Positions 30,793 to 40,454 of a stretch of 64,000 bases of DNA are shown one piece after another. The position numbers were made by a program, and so were the translations under genes. The DNA is taken from the NCBI GenBank assembly GCA_030637655.1, contig DAOWGI010000092.1:26161-90160 (forward strand), given 5' to 3'. Origin of the DNA: a candidate division FCPU426 bacterium. Its GTDB lineage: Bacteria > Oederibacteriota > JAAXVQ01 > JAUVAV01. The stretch's first letter is position 1. The number at the start of each line of letters is the position of its first letter. Under the pieces are notes generated by a model. It made no database searches. It worked only from the letters and a program-made list of their open reading frames with translations, and was not told the origin of the DNA.

Positions 30793-31578
30793 TTAAAACC
30801 GCAAAAGCAAGGTGCCGAGTAAGCTGCCGGATTTGATGGTTAATCTGGATATCTCTCCCAAAGCATTCCCTTCAAACCAACGGAATTGATAAAGAAAATC
30901 CAATCCCCACCCGGCTGAATCCCGGTACTCCATTTTCAAGCATCCCTGCCATTGTGTGCCCACTCCGGCTTCCTGGTATTCTGTGACCAGAAAATCATCC
31001 TCAATAAAATACAGACTCTTATAAAAATCCACTACTGCCCGCGGAGCGTACACTACGGCTATAGAGGCAGTAACATCCTGCGCCTGTAGAAATTCCCACT
31101 CCACTAATCCCGTAATTGACTGTAACTGATAATACATGAAACGATAGCCGGTACGCCCGGAATAATGCTCCAGAGTCCGACTTGAAAACTGCAGACCAAC
31201 AGCCATGGCTCCCCAAAACTGATATTTACCTTCCAACACTATGCTCTCTTGACCGGCCCAAAAAAAGGGATCTATGGAAATGGTATCCAGATTTGTCCCC
31301 TTCCATTCCCCGCTCACATTCCACTTCGAAGTGCCGGCCTGTAAGCGTGCAAACCAAGGCCTTTGAGCATACGTTATTTGCACTGACGCCAAAGTACTCT
31401 GCAACATAGTATGATAGTATTCTCCCTGCACGTCCTCCACCATGACTTTGACCGTATAATACTCCATGCCGGCCCCGGCTGTTACCTCAGCCCGGCTTGA
31501 GGCGGAAAAAAGCATGCTCAATAGCACAACCGTTACATGCAGTCCGGATTTTAGGGCCTTTATCCTACGTTTATGCAT
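30793..31578 (-). CDS. outer-membrane beta-barrel protein (porin-like), signal peptide, C-terminal Phe
   Basis: The ATG at 31578 gives the signal peptide MHKRRIKALKSGLHVTVVLLSMLFSASSRA. Alternating amphipathic beta-strands end in ...LLLRF. The longer track ORF would overlap dprA by 124 nt. Confidence 0.55.
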   Translation of the reverse strand: MHKRRIKALKSGLHVTVVLLSMLFSASSRAEVTAGAGMEYYTVKVMVEDVQGEYYHTMLQSTLASVQITYAQRPWFARLQAGTSKWNVSGEWKGTNLDTISIDPFFWAGQESIVLEGKYQFWGAMAVGLQFSSRTLEHYSGRTGYRFMYYQLQSITGLVEWEFLQAQDVTASIAVVYAPRAVVDFYKSLYFIEDDFLVTEYQEAGVGTQWQGCLKMEYRDSAGWGLDFLYQFRWFEGNALGEISRLTIKSGSLLGTLLLRF

Positions 31579-32687
31579 TTTTCCCCCACCCAATGATAGA
31601 ATTGACCAGGCGCACATTGTACCATACCTTGCAGCTCCAAAGACAACAGACTCTCCAGCAGTGCCGGCAAAGGCAGTTGGCATTGAATAAGCAATTGATC
31701 AATATGCAGCGCTCCGCTTTCCAACGCTTGACAAATCTTCTGGTTTTCCGGGGATAGTAATGGGATGGCTTTTTCGCGCTGGTTGGGTTGCATTGAACTT
31801 GTATGCTTCTCGTTGATTTTGGGCAACTCCTGCAATATATCTTCTACCTGAGTAACCAATTTGGCGCCATCTTGAATCAACGCATGCGTGCCCTGCGAAA
31901 GCGACGACTGAAAAGAACCCGGAACAGCAAACACGTCCTTTCCTTGTTCGCTTGCCCACCGCGCGGTAATCAGCGCTCCGGAACGAACACGTGCCTCAAC
32001 CACTAATACTCCTTGGGACAAACCGCTGATCACGCGATTGCGTCTGGGAAAAAGCTGTGGTACTGCGGGTTGGGCCATAGGAAATTCGGATATGACGGCA
32101 CCCTGCCGCGCGATGCTGTGCCATAGTTCTTTGTTTTCCGGAGGATACACATGGGAAAGACCGTGTGCTACCACGGCCAATGTGCGCCCATTATTTTGCA
32201 AGGCCGTCATATGCGCCTGCGTATCAATCCCTAAAGCCAGGCCGGAAACAATAGTCAGACCCTGTCGGACTAAATCTCTGACCAATAACTTCGTTGCCGT
32301 AATACCATAAGCACTGGGCCGTCGGCTGCCCACCACAGCCAAGGCCTTGCTGTCCTCCGGCAGCCAATTCCCCAGAACATAGAGCACTGGCGGAGAAAAA
32401 TCAATGGAACGCAATACCGCAGGATATGTTTTTTCCTCTAAGGTCACAATACGAGCGCCACACGCCCGGCTTTTTTTCAATTCTTCCTCAGCCACTTGCT
32501 CCCAGGCTGTGCCGCAAATCCGTTCTGCCAGTTCCGGACTAATATGTCGCATCGCGGCCAAATACCGGCTCGGTTGCGCAAAAACCTTGCCGGCTGAACC
32601 AAACTGTTCCGCCAAGCGCCGGGACAAGACCGGCCCTACTCCGGCAATACTATTTAAAGCAATCCAAGCATATGAATTTTTAGTCAT
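31560..32687 (-). CDS. dprA: DNA processing protein DprA/Smf
   Basis: Rossmann-like DprA core (LAVVGSRRPSAYG...ALGIDTQAHM) with ATG start. Confidence 0.85.
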   Translation of the reverse strand: MTKNSYAWIALNSIAGVGPVLSRRLAEQFGSAGKVFAQPSRYLAAMRHISPELAERICGTAWEQVAEEELKKSRACGARIVTLEEKTYPAVLRSIDFSPPVLYVLGNWLPEDSKALAVVGSRRPSAYGITATKLLVRDLVRQGLTIVSGLALGIDTQAHMTALQNNGRTLAVVAHGLSHVYPPENKELWHSIARQGAVISEFPMAQPAVPQLFPRRNRVISGLSQGVLVVEARVRSGALITARWASEQGKDVFAVPGSFQSSLSQGTHALIQDGAKLVTQVEDILQELPKINEKHTSSMQPNQREKAIPLLSPENQKICQALESGALHIDQLLIQCQLPLPALLESLLSLELQGMVQCAPGQFYHWVGEKCINVG

Positions 32688-32692
32688 GGGAA

Positions 32693-34837
32693 TTAGCCGA
32701 AAAAAATTTCAATCCGAGATCCATTTTTGAGTGGTGTGGTAAATGCCGCTTTTTGTCCATCCACCATCAATTGTATGGTCCCGGCATTGGGAGGTGGTGT
32801 GAGATCCAGACCCTCCAAAATATGTGACAACGTCGGAGAATAACTTTCTTTTTTTTCTATCACAATCTCAGCATTTTCAGGAACTAAGGCATCAGGTGTT
32901 GCTCCCTCACCATTGATGGTTATCCTCTTGCCGCCGCTATCCAACATTTTGGTTTTTCCATTTACGGCGACTGAAATCTGATTGGACGGTGGAAGTTCAA
33001 TTCCTAAATCGCGCATGCGCAGTTCAACCATATCCGTCTGTTTCCATTCAATCCGGTCATTGGGACGAGGACAATAGTCAATAGTTACGTTTTGCCGGTT
33101 GGCGAGAATAACTGTTCCGTATTCCCGGTGAACTTGCTTTTGTTCTCCATTCACAAAAAACCGGACCTGTTTCGAAGTGGCGGCAACCGCGGATAATTCC
33201 GGCATCAATTCTCCCAAGGTTTTTTGTGAGCCCCAGTTCAACTCAGCCCGATCCGGGATTTCCGCCTCTGGATCAACCGGTTGATCTTGCTGCCTCAGCA
33301 CCGGTTCCAACTCCAGGTTGTGTCCATTACAGGTACACCAAAAAGGACCCCCTGGACGAGGAACATCTACCGCCTTTAAACGCGCGGCCCGTCCATTCAC
33401 AGCAGCCGTCAGTTCAATGTCATCACCAGCCTGAACTACGGTATCCAACGTGGCTGGTTTGGAATTGAGTTTTATTTCCGCCAAGGTTCCGAGGGTCCCG
33501 GGAACGGTCATCAGACGGCCGGCCAAAGTATAGGTTATAGCCTGGCCAGGCCGCGGATGCAGTGATTTCATCTCTTTGCCGGCTGAGAGCAGCGCTTCAA
33601 AAACCGTCGGCTTACTACTTAAGGCTAAAAGCTGAATCGGTTGTTTATTAACATAAGCAGTAATAAAACGGAGTCCTTTGCCACGCGAAGCCAGCAACGC
33701 GATTCCCAAGGGGGTTATCCCCTCAATGCCTTTGAGTGTGGGTGTGGGGTTTTCCAGTTCAGGGATGGTTTCCGGTCCCCGACATCCGACCCGTGACGGA
33801 TCCAGTTTTAGAGCTTCTGCCACGCTTGGTCCCAAGCCCGGTGTCGCGCTGCCGCCGCCTACCATGACCACTGCCCGAGGAACAGCTCCGTTTAATTTTA
33901 TAATGGTATCGGCAATAGCTTTGGCCAGTTTTTTCACATCAGGTTGGAGGTTCTGCCGGATTTCTGCGGCAGAAACATTCATTTTTTGGCCAAGAATGGT
34001 GGTAAAGCCCAGCCGGGCATCCCCGGCTGTTTCCAATGCGCGTTTTACTTTCTCAGCCTCATTGAATTCCAAAAGGTAATGTTCGCACAAGCGCTCGGTA
34101 ATTTCGTCACCGGCGTGTGTGACCATGGCATAAGCAAAAACCGAGCCATTGCGAGTAATGGCAATATCCGAGGTTCCCGCGCCCACATCCACCAGGGCAA
34201 TATTCATTCTCCTTAGATCATTCGGAATGGTCGCTTCAATCGCCGCAATAGGCTCCAAGGTCAAACTGCGTGCGGCCAGATTCGCACGTCGCAAAACCGC
34301 CATGAGCGAATCCACCACCTGACGCGGCAGAAAGGTAGCCAACACTTCAACTGACATTTCCTGCCCTTGATGTCCCACTAAATCATCCAACACTTCATTG
34401 TCCAGCCTAAAACGAATAGTGGAAAACCCAACACAATGCAATTGATGTTTGTTACCCTGGGAGTGTAAAGCTGTTTGCGCGGCCCGGGCGGCAGACAACT
34501 CCAAGGCCAGAACATCCTCTCGCGTAATTTCGGTCCTGGCAGGGAAATAGCGTTTTTGTTCGGCGGATTCGGTTAATAAAGCGCGACCCGCGGCAGCCAC
34601 GGCTGCTTCGGTCAATGTAATTCCCAGCTCTGCTTCCAACACCGCTTTGACCTGAGACACAACTTTGGCCACTGCTTCCACGCGATGCACCTGTCCACCC
34701 AGCATCGCACGATCAGGGTGTTCGTGTACACACGCAGCCAATACTTTCAGGCCCTGCTTGTGTTGCTTGACCACCACACCGGCAACTTTTCTGGTTCCAA
34801 TGTCCAAAATAAAAATAGTATCGTGCTTAGGACTCAC
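32693..34837 (-). CDS. actin-like (ASKHA; FtsA/EutJ/PilM-type) ATPase domain fused to 4-5 tandem ThiS/MoaD-like beta-grasp repeats; unknown function
   Basis: The N-terminal ~370 aa carry the phosphate-1 motif (FILDIGTRKVAGVVV) and phosphate-2 motif (ALVDVGAGTSDIAI). The C-terminal ~340 aa contain repeated modules of the form phi-x-phi-x-VNG...L..GD-IE-phi. Examples are ISVAVNGKTKML...AEIVIEK and IQLMVDGQKAAF...SRIEIFFG. GTG start with GTGA overlap onto the cheC stop. Confidence 0.6.
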   Translation of the reverse strand: MSPKHDTIFILDIGTRKVAGVVVKQHKQGLKVLAACVHEHPDRAMLGGQVHRVEAVAKVVSQVKAVLEAELGITLTEAAVAAAGRALLTESAEQKRYFPARTEITREDVLALELSAARAAQTALHSQGNKHQLHCVGFSTIRFRLDNEVLDDLVGHQGQEMSVEVLATFLPRQVVDSLMAVLRRANLAARSLTLEPIAAIEATIPNDLRRMNIALVDVGAGTSDIAITRNGSVFAYAMVTHAGDEITERLCEHYLLEFNEAEKVKRALETAGDARLGFTTILGQKMNVSAAEIRQNLQPDVKKLAKAIADTIIKLNGAVPRAVVMVGGGSATPGLGPSVAEALKLDPSRVGCRGPETIPELENPTPTLKGIEGITPLGIALLASRGKGLRFITAYVNKQPIQLLALSSKPTVFEALLSAGKEMKSLHPRPGQAITYTLAGRLMTVPGTLGTLAEIKLNSKPATLDTVVQAGDDIELTAAVNGRAARLKAVDVPRPGGPFWCTCNGHNLELEPVLRQQDQPVDPEAEIPDRAELNWGSQKTLGELMPELSAVAATSKQVRFFVNGEQKQVHREYGTVILANRQNVTIDYCPRPNDRIEWKQTDMVELRMRDLGIELPPSNQISVAVNGKTKMLDSGGKRITINGEGATPDALVPENAEIVIEKKESYSPTLSHILEGLDLTPPPNAGTIQLMVDGQKAAFTTPLKNGSRIEIFFG

Positions 34838-35448
34838 CGAGGCACCTGAGTAGCGCGCAGGATAACATCCAAAGATACTTTATCCGGCATTAAAAAAAAG
34901 TAGCCTTGAATCACCCGGGCGGATTCCATAAACTCGGTTTCAATACAAATGACTTCCATATTAGCCGGAAATCCCTTGGACAGCTCACTGATTACAGCTT
35001 CCGCCATATCAAATATCAACTGCGGAACAGATTGTAACAACAAGAGCCCTAAAAATTCGGTCAAGGCATTGAGATACGCGCCGGCCAGAATATTCCCGGC
35101 CTCTTTGATGGCTGAGTGCTCCATCATGGTAAGTATTTGTCGCTCTTCGGTATCTTGTTTGGTTAATAAGCCGGCCATCTGCAGGGCGCTTTTACGCGGA
35201 AGGATCAAAACGATCTTGGCGGAAATGTCCCCCAAGACGTGCATGGTAACTCCGGCAATAAGCGACTGCGCCCCACCTACCAAATGCACCACTTTTTCCA
35301 TAGGCAAACACAGCACCTTGGGAACGGTAATCATAATCTTTTTTTCAATGAGTTGCGAGAGAGCCGTAGCCGCATGTCCGGCCCCTATGTTTCCTACCTC
35401 GCGTACGGCATCCAATTGTATATCTGTGAGAGCTCGGATATTAGGCAA
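34834..35448 (-). CDS. cheC: CheC-family chemotaxis phosphatase
   Basis: Two CheC-type E-x2-N motifs (REVGNIGAGHAATALSQL and KEAGNILAGAYLNALTEF). 204 aa. TTG start as annotated. Confidence 0.75.
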   Translation of the reverse strand: MPNIRALTDIQLDAVREVGNIGAGHAATALSQLIEKKIMITVPKVLCLPMEKVVHLVGGAQSLIAGVTMHVLGDISAKIVLILPRKSALQMAGLLTKQDTEERQILTMMEHSAIKEAGNILAGAYLNALTEFLGLLLLQSVPQLIFDMAEAVISELSKGFPANMEVICIETEFMESARVIQGYFFLMPDKVSLDVILRATQVPR

Positions 35449-35472
35449 AACGTCTCACCCCCTTACTAAAAT

Positions 35473-37536
35473 CTACTGAACTAATGTGGGTACATCCAAA
35501 ACCAAAGAAATCCGGCCGTCACCCAAAATGGTCACTCCCGAGAATCCTTTAACACTTTTCAACATCTGTCCCAGGGACTTAATCGCGATTTCTTGTTGTC
35601 CCAAGACTTGATCCACCAATAACCCAACCCTCATTTCTCCGACTTCGGTTACCAGAACCGCACGATCAATGCTTTTTGATTCTTCACCCGGGACCTCCAG
35701 GATTCTATGCAGCCGTAATAAAGGCAACACACTATCCCGGTACATAACAACTTCACCCTGCTGTACAAACTTAACGTCTGATTCAACAAACTCAATGGTC
35801 TCGACCGTATTGATGACCGGCAAGGCATACACTTCCTTGCCCACGCTAAACAACATGGCTTGAATAATAGCCAAGGTCATAGGCATACGCATAATAAAAA
35901 CGCTGCCTTGGCCCGGATCGCCCTCAATACGCAAACTCCCGCCAAAGGATTCAATCTTGGTGCGCACGGCATCCACGCCCACACCGCGTCCGCTGATCTC
36001 GGTAACCTCTTGGAGGGTGGTAAATCCCGGCAGGCTGATCAGATTGACGGCCTCCTGGTCGGTTAAGCGCTCGCTTTCCTCCGGACTCATCATCCCGCGA
36101 TCCACAGCCGTTTGCCGCAATTTTACCGGATCGAGACCTATCCCGTCATCAACCACTTTTATAATAACATGATTCTTCTCCCGCATGGCAGTTAAACGCA
36201 CGGATCCCTGCCGTGCTTTTCCCTTCTGTATACGAACCTCCGGTATTTCAATACCATGATCCACGGCATTGCGGAGCAGGTGCACTAAAGGATCATTGAT
36301 TTCATCCAAAACCGTCCGATCCAATTCGATCTCTTTGCCTTCCATTTCCAATTCGATCTCTTTGCCGCTCTCTTTGGCCAAATCACGAATCATACGCGGA
36401 AAACGATTAAAAATATGCTCCATGGGAACCATACGTACTTCGGTAACTTCATCCTGCAGATCATTGGTAATCCGATCAAATTGAATCAGCGCTTCTTTCA
36501 ATTCTTTCATGCTGTGTTGTTTGGAAATTTGTGTTAGCCTGATTTTATTGATGACCAATTCTCCGACCAAATTCTGCAGATTGTCCAAACGTTCAATGTT
36601 CACACGGATACTTTGGACCGCACGACCGGTAGTATCCCGATTCTTCCTTTTGCTCGCTTGCCGTGAGGGGGCCACCAATATTTTCGCTTTGGCTTTGGTG
36701 TCACCAAAAAAGTCTTCAATCCGTTCTATGGTCAGAGATTCTATCTCATAGGACTCAAGTTCAGCAATATTTTTCAAGCTACGCTGTAATAATTCTTGCT
36801 TGCGTTGGGACAAAACCAGCAATAAAAATTCCAGATCAAATTCACCTTCCTGCAGGGCCTGCGGATCGGGAAAACTGGCGACAATTTCACCGTATTCGGA
36901 AAGTGCTTTGTACACCATGAAGGCACGAACCCCTTTAAAAGAACAGGACGCAGCTACCCGAACCCGGACACCATAGGTCAAGTACCCTTCCGCATCCGCT
37001 TGGGCGATTAATTCCTCCATATGTTCTATGTTCAAATCCTCTTCAGCGCTCTTGCTCCCGCCAAACAATTTTTTCTCTTCACTTTTCTCTTTTTTCTCCG
37101 GGACCTCCGCAGATGTTGTCAACAGGGCTTTTTTGTCTTCTAAAGTCGGCTCGCTATCTCTCTGGTAAAAATCCTTTAGTTTTTTCAGCAACGGATCAAC
37201 ATCAATATTTTTCAGTTCCGAGGTTGATATTTCTTCAATCAGCATACCCAGGGTATCCAGACATTCAAATAAAACGTCTACAATGGGTGAGGTAATGGTC
37301 TGCTGACGGGCACGCAATTTATCAAGAACATTTTCCATTTGGTGGGTAAGTTCTGTGATCTGATCAAACCCCATAGTGGCGGCCATGCCCTTGAGCGTAT
37401 GGGCGGTGCGAAAAATATCATTCAGGGATTGCTGATCTGAAGTGTCTTTTTCCAACGCCAATAAGGCCTGATTGAGGCGGTCAAGGTGTTCGAGGGATTC
37501 ACTTATAAATAAATCTTTATATTCTAATGTATCCAT
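35473..37536 (-). CDS. cheA: chemotaxis histidine kinase CheA
   Basis: HPt domain (FRTAHTLKGMAATMGF), HATPase region (HLLRNAVDHGIE ... GRGVGVDAV) and a C-terminal CheW-like domain. Confidence 0.9.
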   Translation of the reverse strand: MDTLEYKDLFISESLEHLDRLNQALLALEKDTSDQQSLNDIFRTAHTLKGMAATMGFDQITELTHQMENVLDKLRARQQTITSPIVDVLFECLDTLGMLIEEISTSELKNIDVDPLLKKLKDFYQRDSEPTLEDKKALLTTSAEVPEKKEKSEEKKLFGGSKSAEEDLNIEHMEELIAQADAEGYLTYGVRVRVAASCSFKGVRAFMVYKALSEYGEIVASFPDPQALQEGEFDLEFLLLVLSQRKQELLQRSLKNIAELESYEIESLTIERIEDFFGDTKAKAKILVAPSRQASKRKNRDTTGRAVQSIRVNIERLDNLQNLVGELVINKIRLTQISKQHSMKELKEALIQFDRITNDLQDEVTEVRMVPMEHIFNRFPRMIRDLAKESGKEIELEMEGKEIELDRTVLDEINDPLVHLLRNAVDHGIEIPEVRIQKGKARQGSVRLTAMREKNHVIIKVVDDGIGLDPVKLRQTAVDRGMMSPEESERLTDQEAVNLISLPGFTTLQEVTEISGRGVGVDAVRTKIESFGGSLRIEGDPGQGSVFIMRMPMTLAIIQAMLFSVGKEVYALPVINTVETIEFVESDVKFVQQGEVVMYRDSVLPLLRLHRILEVPGEESKSIDRAVLVTEVGEMRVGLLVDQVLGQQEIAIKSLGQMLKSVKGFSGVTILGDGRISLVLDVPTLVQ

Positions 37537-37790
37537 GCAATCCTCTGGGCAGAGTGCTCTATGGTTTTTTCCCTACCCCCAAAACATATAGAGGGAAATG
37601 GTGTATGTTAAGTTAAATTATGTTATCAAGAAAACCAGACCCACGCAACCACCTTTTTTCTCCCGCCAATACACCACTTATTACTACAGTATCTCTAGGT
37701 TCGACGAAAACTAACATATCTATAGGATAGAATTAATACTCCTGACCGAATCGTGGCCCCTCAACTCACCCCTAGTATTCTTTTTTCCGA

Positions 37791-38999
37791 CTATATGACC
37801 TTGCCCAAAATGCAATTCAAATACCGGCTTTCCGGTAATTGTGACTTCTCCGGATGGTCCCGGTCCGGACCAAATTGAGTAATTATTTTTAATTTCCTTC
37901 CGGTGTTACTCACTCCTTGTAAGGCAATTTCCGCAAAAGCCTTGCGTGTGACATGATGAGAGCACGAACACGTCAAGAGGAGTCCTTGTGGATGTAATAA
38001 TTGGGAGGCCCGTCGATGCAATTCCCGATATCCGCGCATCGCGTCTGCCAGCTCTGCTTTAGAGCGCGTGAAGGGCGGCGGATCCAGTATAATGGTTGAG
38101 TACTTCTTTTTTTGCTTTACCGCTTCGGACAAATAGGCAAATGCATTTTCTTTTCGGACGTGAATGGCATGCTGCATCCGGTTGAGCCTGGTATTTTGCT
38201 CTAAGTGCGCCAAAGCTTGCGCCGATGTGTCCAGAGCCAATACTTGACTGGCACCGGCCCACACCGCTGCCAGGGAAAACCCGCCGGAATTGGCAAAAAC
38301 ATCCAGTGCGATACCGTTTATTTTTTGCTCTCGTAAACAACGGCGTGCAGCACGCTGATCCAAATAAAAACCGGTTTTTTGACCTTTTGCTAAATTCACC
38401 CGGTACTTTATCGGACCCTCAAAAATTTCAGTTTCCGGTTCCGGCGCTGCCTCCCCGGGAAACCAAATCCACCCTTGTTTGGCAGGAAGTCCTTCCAGCC
38501 TGCGACCGTGTCCATCACTTCGTTCGTAGATTCCTGCCGGTTTGCAACGCGATATCAGCCAGTCGACAATATAATTTTTACGTTTTTCCATCCCCTGAGT
38601 AATAAACTGTACTACCAGAAAAGGCGCATAATAATCGCAAATCAATCCTGGCAAACCGTCGGCTTCCGACCACACCAAACGCCAAGCATTGGTCTCCTTT
38701 GTCAGAAATACTCGCTGTGAACGAGCCCGGTCCAATTTCCGTCCCAGCTCCCTTGCTTCGTCCGGAATCCCACTACCCAGGCGAGCAATAGGTGTATATA
38801 ACATGCGTATACCAATCTGTGACAAAGGATTGACATATCCATACCCCAAACACTGCTGTTGCTCAGAATGGACCTCTACCAAATCCCCGGGACAAATACC
38901 GGCCGGCCAGGTCTGAATTTGATGGGCAAGCACCCAAAGATAACCCTGGTGTAGACGTTGGGAAGCGATTGCATTGATAACGACTTTGGCAGGAACCAC
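37791..38999 (-). CDS. rlmI: class I SAM-dependent rRNA (cytosine-C5) methyltransferase, RlmI/RlmK-like (PUA + MTase)
   Basis: The SAM-binding motif (GIALDVFANSGGFSLAAVWAGASQVLALDTS) and the DPPPF motif are present. GTG start. Confidence 0.8.
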   Translation of the reverse strand: MVPAKVVINAIASQRLHQGYLWVLAHQIQTWPAGICPGDLVEVHSEQQQCLGYGYVNPLSQIGIRMLYTPIARLGSGIPDEARELGRKLDRARSQRVFLTKETNAWRLVWSEADGLPGLICDYYAPFLVVQFITQGMEKRKNYIVDWLISRCKPAGIYERSDGHGRRLEGLPAKQGWIWFPGEAAPEPETEIFEGPIKYRVNLAKGQKTGFYLDQRAARRCLREQKINGIALDVFANSGGFSLAAVWAGASQVLALDTSAQALAHLEQNTRLNRMQHAIHVRKENAFAYLSEAVKQKKKYSTIILDPPPFTRSKAELADAMRGYRELHRRASQLLHPQGLLLTCSCSHHVTRKAFAEIALQGVSNTGRKLKIITQFGPDRDHPEKSQLPESRYLNCILGKVI

Positions 39000-39013
39000 T
39001 CGCGTTGTCTTCC

Positions 39014-39910
39014 TTAGGCCGCCAGACAGGCGACTGCTATAGCATAAAAACGATTATCCACATTGTCTGCCCGGGAATTCAAAACCATTGGCACTTTAGC
39101 TCCCACAGCAATCCCACCCAGCGGTCCTTCCGCTAAAAACGTCTGCGATTTGGAGAGCATATTGCCGCACTCGATATTCGGAACCAAAAGAATATCCGCA
39201 TCACCTTGAATCGGTCCCTCAATTTGTTTTTCTTTACAAACCCATTTCGAAAGCGCGTCATCCAGAGCAAAGGGGCCAACCACATGCGCTCCGGTTATTT
39301 TTCCCTGGGCCGCGAGCTCTACTAACTGGGCCGCTTCTACGGTCACCGGCATTTTTTCAGTCACATATTCCACAGCAGCCAGGATGGCGGCTTTGGGTTG
39401 CTGGTAGCCCAAACGGCGCGTAAAATCAATGGCATTCTGTAAAATATCCGCTTTGCGCTGTAAATCCGGAGCAATGTTGACCGCTGAATCAGTCACAAAC
39501 AGCAAACGACCGCAGGGCTTGCTCTCTAAAACAAAAATATGTGAGATAGGTTTATTATTGCGTAATCCAAATTCTTTGTTCAACAACGCGGACAAAATAG
39601 TGCTGGTCTTCAAGTTACCTTTCATTAAAACCTGCGCTTTTCCTTCAGCAATATATTTCACCGACTCCATTGCTGCCAGATGTTCATCTGTGGTATCCAC
39701 CAGCGCTTTGATCGGAAAATCCACTTTCAAGTCAGTACGCAGTTGCTCGATCTTGCTCTTTTCTCCGGCTAGAGCAATTTCAGCAAATCCGGTCTCATAA
39801 ACACGCTGAAGCGCAAGCATAATCTCCTTGGTTTCCGGCACAGCCACGGAAATGGTTTTTTTAGGCGCGCCTTTGAGTTGTTCTACAATTTCGGCAAAAT
39901 TTTTCAACAT
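39014..39910 (-). CDS. phosphate acetyl/butyryl-transferase (Pta/Ptb family)
   Basis: Full-length homology to phosphate butyryltransferase and short-form phosphotransacetylase. Confidence 0.8.
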   Translation of the reverse strand: MLKNFAEIVEQLKGAPKKTISVAVPETKEIMLALQRVYETGFAEIALAGEKSKIEQLRTDLKVDFPIKALVDTTDEHLAAMESVKYIAEGKAQVLMKGNLKTSTILSALLNKEFGLRNNKPISHIFVLESKPCGRLLFVTDSAVNIAPDLQRKADILQNAIDFTRRLGYQQPKAAILAAVEYVTEKMPVTVEAAQLVELAAQGKITGAHVVGPFALDDALSKWVCKEKQIEGPIQGDADILLVPNIECGNMLSKSQTFLAEGPLGGIAVGAKVPMVLNSRADNVDNRFYAIAVACLAA

Positions 39911-39929
39911 AACAAATACCCTTCCTGTG

Positions 39930-40454
39930 CTAAGAAGCTTTAGCTTCTTGCCATTGTACTATAGTATTCACAATCATTGGCACGGTCCGCTTATTGGTAT
40001 CACACGTCCAATCAGCCTTCGCATAATAGATTTCGCGTTGCGCCAATAATGTTTGAATTCTTTCCCACGCCTCGGCGCGCGTTCCGGCCAACAAGGGCCG
40101 GTCTTGGGCCTTGCCCACGCGTTGCAGAATGCTTTCCGGATTGGCGCCCAGACAAATCACATCGCCGAGCCTGCGCAACAAAGGCCAGTTGTGCTCTGCC
40201 AGAACAATCCCACCGCCTGTGGAAATAACCTGCTTGCCTAACGGCTGCCCGGTTAAATATCGTAATAACTCCGTCTCTAAGGCACGAAACGCAGGTTCTC
40301 CGTCATCGGAAAAAATGTTTGAAATGAATTTACCGGCACGCTGCGTAATAAGCTCATCGGTATCCACAAAAGTATACTGTAGCCGCGCAGCCAGAGCTTG
40401 TCCCACAACCGTCTTTCCGGTTCCCATAAAACCCACTAAAACAACAGAAGTCAT
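39930..40454 (-). CDS. aroK: shikimate kinase
   Basis: Walker A (VVLVGFMGTGKT). ATGA overlap with the aroC stop. Confidence 0.85.
   Translation of the reverse strand: MTSVVLVGFMGTGKTVVGQALAARLQYTFVDTDELITQRAGKFISNIFSDDGEPAFRALETELLRYLTGQPLGKQVISTGGGIVLAEHNWPLLRRLGDVICLGANPESILQRVGKAQDRPLLAGTRAEAWERIQTLLAQREIYYAKADWTCDTNKRTVPMIVNTIVQWQEAKAS

Noticed and set aside
37537-37790. tRNA-like or sigma54/sigma28 promoter motifs in the 250-bp cheA upstream gap (ggttcgac at about 37700)
   Set aside because: No cloverleaf can be built. No GG-N10-GC (-24/-12) or TAAA-N15-GCCGATAA match is present. Only a ccctacc REP-like hairpin at about 37565-37590 was found.
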